Source: Nitrosopumilus sp.
GTDB lineage: Archaea; Thermoproteota; Nitrososphaeria; Nitrososphaerales; Nitrosopumilaceae
NCBI GenBank assembly: GCA_963667665.2
Contig: OY763927.2
Span: forward strand, 1,664,001-1,728,000
Reading direction: 5' to 3'
Length of the DNA stretch: 64,000 bases
The position numbers were made by a program, and so were the translations under genes. A model generated the notes under the pieces. The model saw only the letters and a list, made by a program, of their open reading frames with translations, was not told the DNA's origin and ran no database searches. The first letter of the stretch is position 1, and each line of letters begins with the position of its first letter. Below, in pieces: positions 59,339-64,000 of this stretch.

Positions 59339-59668
59339 ATGCAAAAAAAAATTGATGATATAGATTTTGAAAAAAGTGGTGGATTAATTCCAATTATAGT
59401 TCAAGATGTAAATACAAAAGATGTTCTTACACTTGCTTATTCCAATAAAGAATCTCTTGAACTAACAAAGAAAACTGGAAACTCTTGGTTTTGGAGTCGT
59501 TCAAGAAATAAACTTTGGATGAAAGGTGAAGAATCAGGTAATACACAAAAAGTAAAAGAAATTCTTGTTGATTGTGATTTAGATGCAATAATTTATCTTG
59601 TTGAACCATCAGGACCAGCTTGTCATACTGGTGAGAAGGTTTGCTTTCACAATAATCTAGAAAAATAA
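59339..59668 (+). CDS. hisI: Phosphoribosyl-AMP cyclohydrolase (monofunctional)
   Basis: WSRSR..LWMKGEESGN, DCD.D, ACHTG..CF; no HisE domain. Confidence 0.93.
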   Translation: MQKKIDDIDFEKSGGLIPIIVQDVNTKDVLTLAYSNKESLELTKKTGNSWFWSRSRNKLWMKGEESGNTQKVKEILVDCDLDAIIYLVEPSGPACHTGEKVCFHNNLEK

Positions 59669-59669
59669 T

Positions 59670-60245
59670 TTAACAAATGGATTCAATATTTGTTCCAGGA
59701 ACAATTCTTTCTGTAATGTTAAAATTTAGATTAGGATAATTTGTTCCTCTAAAAACTAATGCCCATTTTCCAATTATGTCATCTACAGAACAAATACCTC
59801 TAAGTTTTGATATTCCAGGTTCTACGTAATAATTGAATCTTGCTTTTTGTGTTCCATCAAATGGAATTGTAATATACACAGAATAATGAGTAACATTCAG
59901 TGGTCTCATTACTGCAACTTGTCCTTTAGCATCTAATTCCAATCCGACAATCCTAATGAAGATCTTTTCACCTATAGCGTATTCACTTCGATCAATCTGA
60001 AATGGTCCAGATGTAATCCATTCTCCTCTTGGTAATACTTTGTAATCTGATTCATTGGCTATTTTTTGAATCTCATCTAATTTTTTTTGAATCTCTGGAG
60101 TCTCAACTATCTGTATCTCTTTGTCAGATATAATCAAATCAATTTTTACAACATCTGATTTTTCATATGGTATCAAAACTAAAATCAAAATTATTGCAAG
60201 AATTCCAATTCCCCCAGCAATTACTGCTATTAGACTCATCTTCAT
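59670..60245 (-). CDS. Hypothetical membrane-anchored protein
   Basis: N-terminal TM helix; SGPFQIDRSEYAIGEKIF. Confidence 0.75.
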   Translation of the reverse strand: MKMSLIAVIAGGIGILAIILILVLIPYEKSDVVKIDLIISDKEIQIVETPEIQKKLDEIQKIANESDYKVLPRGEWITSGPFQIDRSEYAIGEKIFIRIVGLELDAKGQVAVMRPLNVTHYSVYITIPFDGTQKARFNYYVEPGISKLRGICSVDDIIGKWALVFRGTNYPNLNFNITERIVPGTNIESIC

Positions 60246-60464
60246 ATGAGAAATTCTTTTAAAAAATCTCTAAAAACCTTACCATTGTTAAATATTCAGG
60301 GATAAACAGTTTTTTTCTGAAATTTTCTTAAAACTATGGATAACTTTGTAGTTTTTATCTATATTTAAGCAAAAAATATCACTATATTTTAATTCATTAA
60401 AATTAAGTATTACTTAACTTGATATTAGGATTTTTTATGTATATTATCAAAGGAGAAATTAGTC

Positions 60465-61679
60465 TTGGCTAGAACATCATTACAGTGCAGAGAGTGTAAA
60501 AAAGAATACGAGTCTACTTTCAAGTATATTTGTGATGACTGTTTTGGCCCACTTGATGTAAAGTATGATTTTCCAACAATTACAAAAGATACATTTTCCA
60601 ACCGTGAACATACGTATTGGCGATATTTTGAACTATTACCAATAGAGAACAAATCAAACATTGTAAGTATTGGTGCAGGAATGACACCATTAACCAAAGC
60701 AGACAAGTTAGGAGAAAAACTAGGTTTGAAAAATCTTTACATCAAAAATGATTCTGTAAATCCTACATTTTCATTTAAAGACAGACCTGCTGGTGTTGCA
60801 GTATCAAAGGCAAAGGAATTTGGATTATCAGCTGTTGGTTGTGCATCTACTGGTAATTTAGCATCAGCTACTGCAGCACATGCTGCAAAAGGTGGATTTC
60901 CATGTCATGTCTTTGCTCCAAGTGATATTGAAATGGCAAAGATTGCACAGGCATTGTCTTATGGTGCAAATTACATTGCAGTAGATGGAACATACGATGA
61001 TGCAAACAGAATAGCTGCACAAATTGGTGATTCTAAAGGAATAGGAATTGTAAATATTAACATGCGTTCTCATTATGTAGAGGGTTCAAAAACTCTAGCA
61101 TTTGAAGTTGCAGAACAACTTGATTGGCAAGTACCTGATCAACTAATAGTACCAGTAGGAAGTGGTGCAATGCTTAATGCAATTTGTAAAGGATTTGAAG
61201 AATTGCAAAGTATTTCATTACTTGATGATGTTTCTAATATGCATATGATTGCAGCACAACCACATGGTTGTGCTCCTATTGTTGATGCATTTAAGAAAAA
61301 TTCTAAAGAAGTAATTCCAGTTGAGCATCCTGATACTGTTGCAAAAAGTTTAGCAATTGGTGATCCTGGTGATGGTAGATATGTATTGAAACGTTTACAA
61401 CAATACAATGGATTTGCTGAAGAAACAAATAACAAGGAAATTCTTGATGCAATTTTATTACTTGCACAAACTGAAGGAATATTTACAGAACCAGCCGGTG
61501 GAGTTTCAATAGCTGTTCTTCAAAAAATGATAGAACAAGGAAAGATTGATGCAAATGACAAAGTGGTATGCTATGTAACTGGAAATGGTCTAAAGGCAAC
61601 AGAATCAATTATGGAAGTTTTAGAAAAACCCATAGTAATGAAAGCAGATGTAAAAGAAATATCGGCGGTAGTAAACTAG
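60465..61679 (+). CDS. thrC: Threonine synthase (PLP fold II) with N-terminal zinc ribbon
   Basis: CREC..CDDC, NPTFSFKDR, ASTGN, EGSKT, PVGSG, EPAGG, TGNGLK. Confidence 0.88.
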   Translation: MARTSLQCRECKKEYESTFKYICDDCFGPLDVKYDFPTITKDTFSNREHTYWRYFELLPIENKSNIVSIGAGMTPLTKADKLGEKLGLKNLYIKNDSVNPTFSFKDRPAGVAVSKAKEFGLSAVGCASTGNLASATAAHAAKGGFPCHVFAPSDIEMAKIAQALSYGANYIAVDGTYDDANRIAAQIGDSKGIGIVNINMRSHYVEGSKTLAFEVAEQLDWQVPDQLIVPVGSGAMLNAICKGFEELQSISLLDDVSNMHMIAAQPHGCAPIVDAFKKNSKEVIPVEHPDTVAKSLAIGDPGDGRYVLKRLQQYNGFAEETNNKEILDAILLLAQTEGIFTEPAGGVSIAVLQKMIEQGKIDANDKVVCYVTGNGLKATESIMEVLEKPIVMKADVKEISAVVN

Positions 61680-63010
61680 TGGCAAATATCACATTTACAA
61701 TTCCTTCTGTTCTAAATCAAGGTGGTGGAGAAAAAAAGACTGAGATCTCAGCTGATTCATTAGCTGATGCATTTGCAAAAATCTTTGAATCCATGGGTGA
61801 TGATTTTAAGCGTAGAGTCTTGGAAAATGATGGAACTCTACGCTCACTAATTAACATCTACATTAATGGCAAAAATGCAAAATTTTCTGATGGTATGCAA
61901 ACTGTTCTAAAAGATGGCGATGAAGTGTATATCTTACCTGCAGTTGCTGGAGGTTCTGAAGAATTATCTTCTAAGGAACTTGATAGATTTTCACGACAAG
62001 TAATGCTTGAAGAGATTGGTTATCAAGGACAATTAAAATTAAAAAATGCAAAAGTTTGTGTTGTTGGAACTGGTGGTTTGGGAAATCCAATCACATCAAG
62101 ACTTGCTGCTATGGGTGTTGGAACTTTACGAATTGTTGATAGAGATGTAATTGAATTATCTAATTTGCATAGACAGATAATGTTTAATGAAGATGATGTT
62201 GGTCAAGTAAAAGTTGAAGTTGCTGCAAAAAAATTACAAAAACTAAATCCTGATTGTAAAATAGAAGCATTAGCAATATCTGTAAATGATTACACTGCAC
62301 TAGAAGTAATTGAAGGATGCGATGTTGTAATTGATGCACTTGATAGTGTTAATGCAAGATATGCATTAAACAAAGCATGTGTGAAACTTGGAATTCCATT
62401 TGTAACAGGAGCTGCAGTTGGAGTTTCAGGACAAGCATTTACAGTTTTACCAAAACAAAGTGCATGTTACTATTGCATGTTTCCAGAATTAAATGAAGAT
62501 ACAATGCCAACATGTAGTATTGAAGGAGTTCATCCATCAATACTTTCAATTGTTGGTGGAATCGAAGTTGCAGAAGCTGTAAAAATTATTATTGGAAAAA
62601 AACCTAGTCTTTCTGAAAAAATTTTACATATTGATTTAGAAAATCTTGACTTTAACAGTACAAGAACATTCAGAGCTGAAGAGTGTCCAATTTGTGGAAC
62701 AGGAAAACTTGAAGTCACAACAAAAGAAGAATTAATTCTAGAAGAACTGTGTGGACGAAATCAAGGAAAGCGAACATTTTCTATTACTCCAACTGAAACA
62801 TTTGATCTTGATGTAAATGCTGTAACTAACATTGCAAAGGAAAAAGGATTCACAGTAGAGAATCAAGGCACCTTGGGATTATCATTAAGAACAAATGATC
62901 TCTTTGTTAGTTTTATGAAAAAAGGATCTGCAGTAGTTATAGGCTCAAAAGATGAATCTGACGCAATAATATTGTACAAAACTCTACTTGGTAAAGAGAT
63001 CAAGGCATAA
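61679..63010 (+). CDS. Ubiquitin-like (MoaD/SAMP) domain fused to E1-like ThiF/MoeB adenylyltransferase
   Basis: GTG start overlapping thrC stop; beta-grasp domain ending ILPAVAGG, then RFSRQ, GTGGLG, DVIELSNLHRQ, CYYC, CPIC. Confidence 0.9.
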   Translation: MANITFTIPSVLNQGGGEKKTEISADSLADAFAKIFESMGDDFKRRVLENDGTLRSLINIYINGKNAKFSDGMQTVLKDGDEVYILPAVAGGSEELSSKELDRFSRQVMLEEIGYQGQLKLKNAKVCVVGTGGLGNPITSRLAAMGVGTLRIVDRDVIELSNLHRQIMFNEDDVGQVKVEVAAKKLQKLNPDCKIEALAISVNDYTALEVIEGCDVVIDALDSVNARYALNKACVKLGIPFVTGAAVGVSGQAFTVLPKQSACYYCMFPELNEDTMPTCSIEGVHPSILSIVGGIEVAEAVKIIIGKKPSLSEKILHIDLENLDFNSTRTFRAEECPICGTGKLEVTTKEELILEELCGRNQGKRTFSITPTETFDLDVNAVTNIAKEKGFTVENQGTLGLSLRTNDLFVSFMKKGSAVVIGSKDESDAIILYKTLLGKEIKA

Positions 63011-63189
63011 AATAGGCTGTAAAAATTTCATAAATTATATGAAAAACATGAAAAATATTTAGATCAAACAATAGATTTAGTGGTAAAACATGATTTTTAT
63101 AATCAAATTTTATAAGATTTCTATAAAAATATTAAATTTGTTAAAAAAAATCACAAGATTTTCTCAATTTGTGGACAAATCGTCCATTA

Positions 63190-63200
63190 GCCTTAAATAC
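63190..63200 (+). promoter_or_regulatory. TATA box of S-layer gene
   Basis: CCTTAAATA about 30 nt upstream of ATG 63227. Confidence 0.5.
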
Positions 63201-63226
63201 AAATTTTAAAGAAAAATGTCAATAAC

Positions 63227-64000
63227 ATGAATAACGAATTAGGACGAAAAATAACTAGTCTTACATTAATGACAATTATGGTTGCCGGTGGTATGACATT
63301 TGCATTCCCTGGCTTTATGCCAGCTGCACATGCAGCCAACGCCAACCTATTTGTTTCCGCAGAAAACTCACAGTTTGATAACTACATGGCAGGCCCTCAA
63401 GTAATTGAGGTCGTGATTATAGATTCAAATATCAATGATACTAGCGAGGCGAAAGGTGAACCAGACGTTACAGTAAACGGAAAGATCCTGAGAATGGCTC
63501 AAGCCGTAGATGGTAACTGGTATGGTTACTTTGCAGATAAGGGCCAAGCAGAAACCGCAGATTCAACTACAACAATACCAGGTTCAGGTTTGGACTTTGG
63601 TGGAATTTGTGAAGCAGCTGATTCTACGCTAACCATTGGTGTTGATCTTAGTGATACTTCTGGATTTGCATCCGGTGGGGTCACTACTGAATGTACACAA
63701 ATAGTTGGTACATCAGAATCATCAAACATGAACGTAGTCCGAGAAGCTAAAGACCTAAACAGTAACGATGCTGCAAATGGTGGAATCTGGAACAAGTGGA
63801 CAAATTGGCATCTTAGATGCTAGTCCAAATGCATTTCCTTTCATTCAACTCTATGTTCTAAGTCCCGGTGGTAATGTTATCGTACAGTACAACAAAGGTG
63901 GTGGTGCTCAATCAACCACATTAACTTTTGATACTGTTGATCAATATGCCGGTGCAACATTAGATAGAACAAAATATCCTCAAGGTGCTGAAATTCACGC
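63227..64000 (+). CDS. slaA: Main S-layer protein, 5' part; apparent frameshift near 63785; runs off window
   Basis: MNNELGRKITSLTLMTIM..ANANLFVSAENSQFDNY..QVIEVV; after the shift GQIGILD..FPFIQLY..VQYNKGGGAQSTTLTFDTVD..LDRTKYP stays open to the window end. Confidence 0.85.

Noticed and set aside
61568-61678. N-terminal extension of the Ubl-E1 ORF
   Set aside because: Lies inside thrC; the coupled GTG at 61679 is the better start

Overview
AT-rich archaeal chromosome segment. Gene content (TFE, aTrm56, NAC, Csl4, Dph2, TiaS, rpL44e/rpS27e, thermosome, S-layer protein starting MNNELGRKITSLTLMTIM) points to an ammonia-oxidising Nitrosopumilus-like thaumarchaeon. Most of the window is core genome: riboflavin, cobalamin, histidine, purine and pterin genes, an initiator tRNA-Met and the start of the S-layer gene. 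The main accessory feature is a ~5 kb decaying integrated element (2097-7167). It is bounded by an 18-bp direct repeat (17/18 identical) and lies between a TPR gene stop codon and the riboflavin synthase promoter rather than in a tRNA. It carries a nonsense-disrupted tyrosine integrase, several tiny DNA-binding genes missed by the ORF track, origin-like repeats, a TA-like gene pair and a membrane TPR cargo gene. Other leads: an amidohydrolase inside the riboflavin operon (candidate pyrimidine deaminase), two paralogous Trp-repeat amphipathic proteins (one with a histone-like tail), a Lys-rich SWIB-like protein, a CobQ lacking its glutaminase domain, a HAD hydrolase in a his operon without hisE, and a Ubl-E1 fusion coupled to thrC. 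Several single-base lesions, including one in the S-layer gene, may be sequencing errors. All family calls come from motif recognition by eye; no searches were run.
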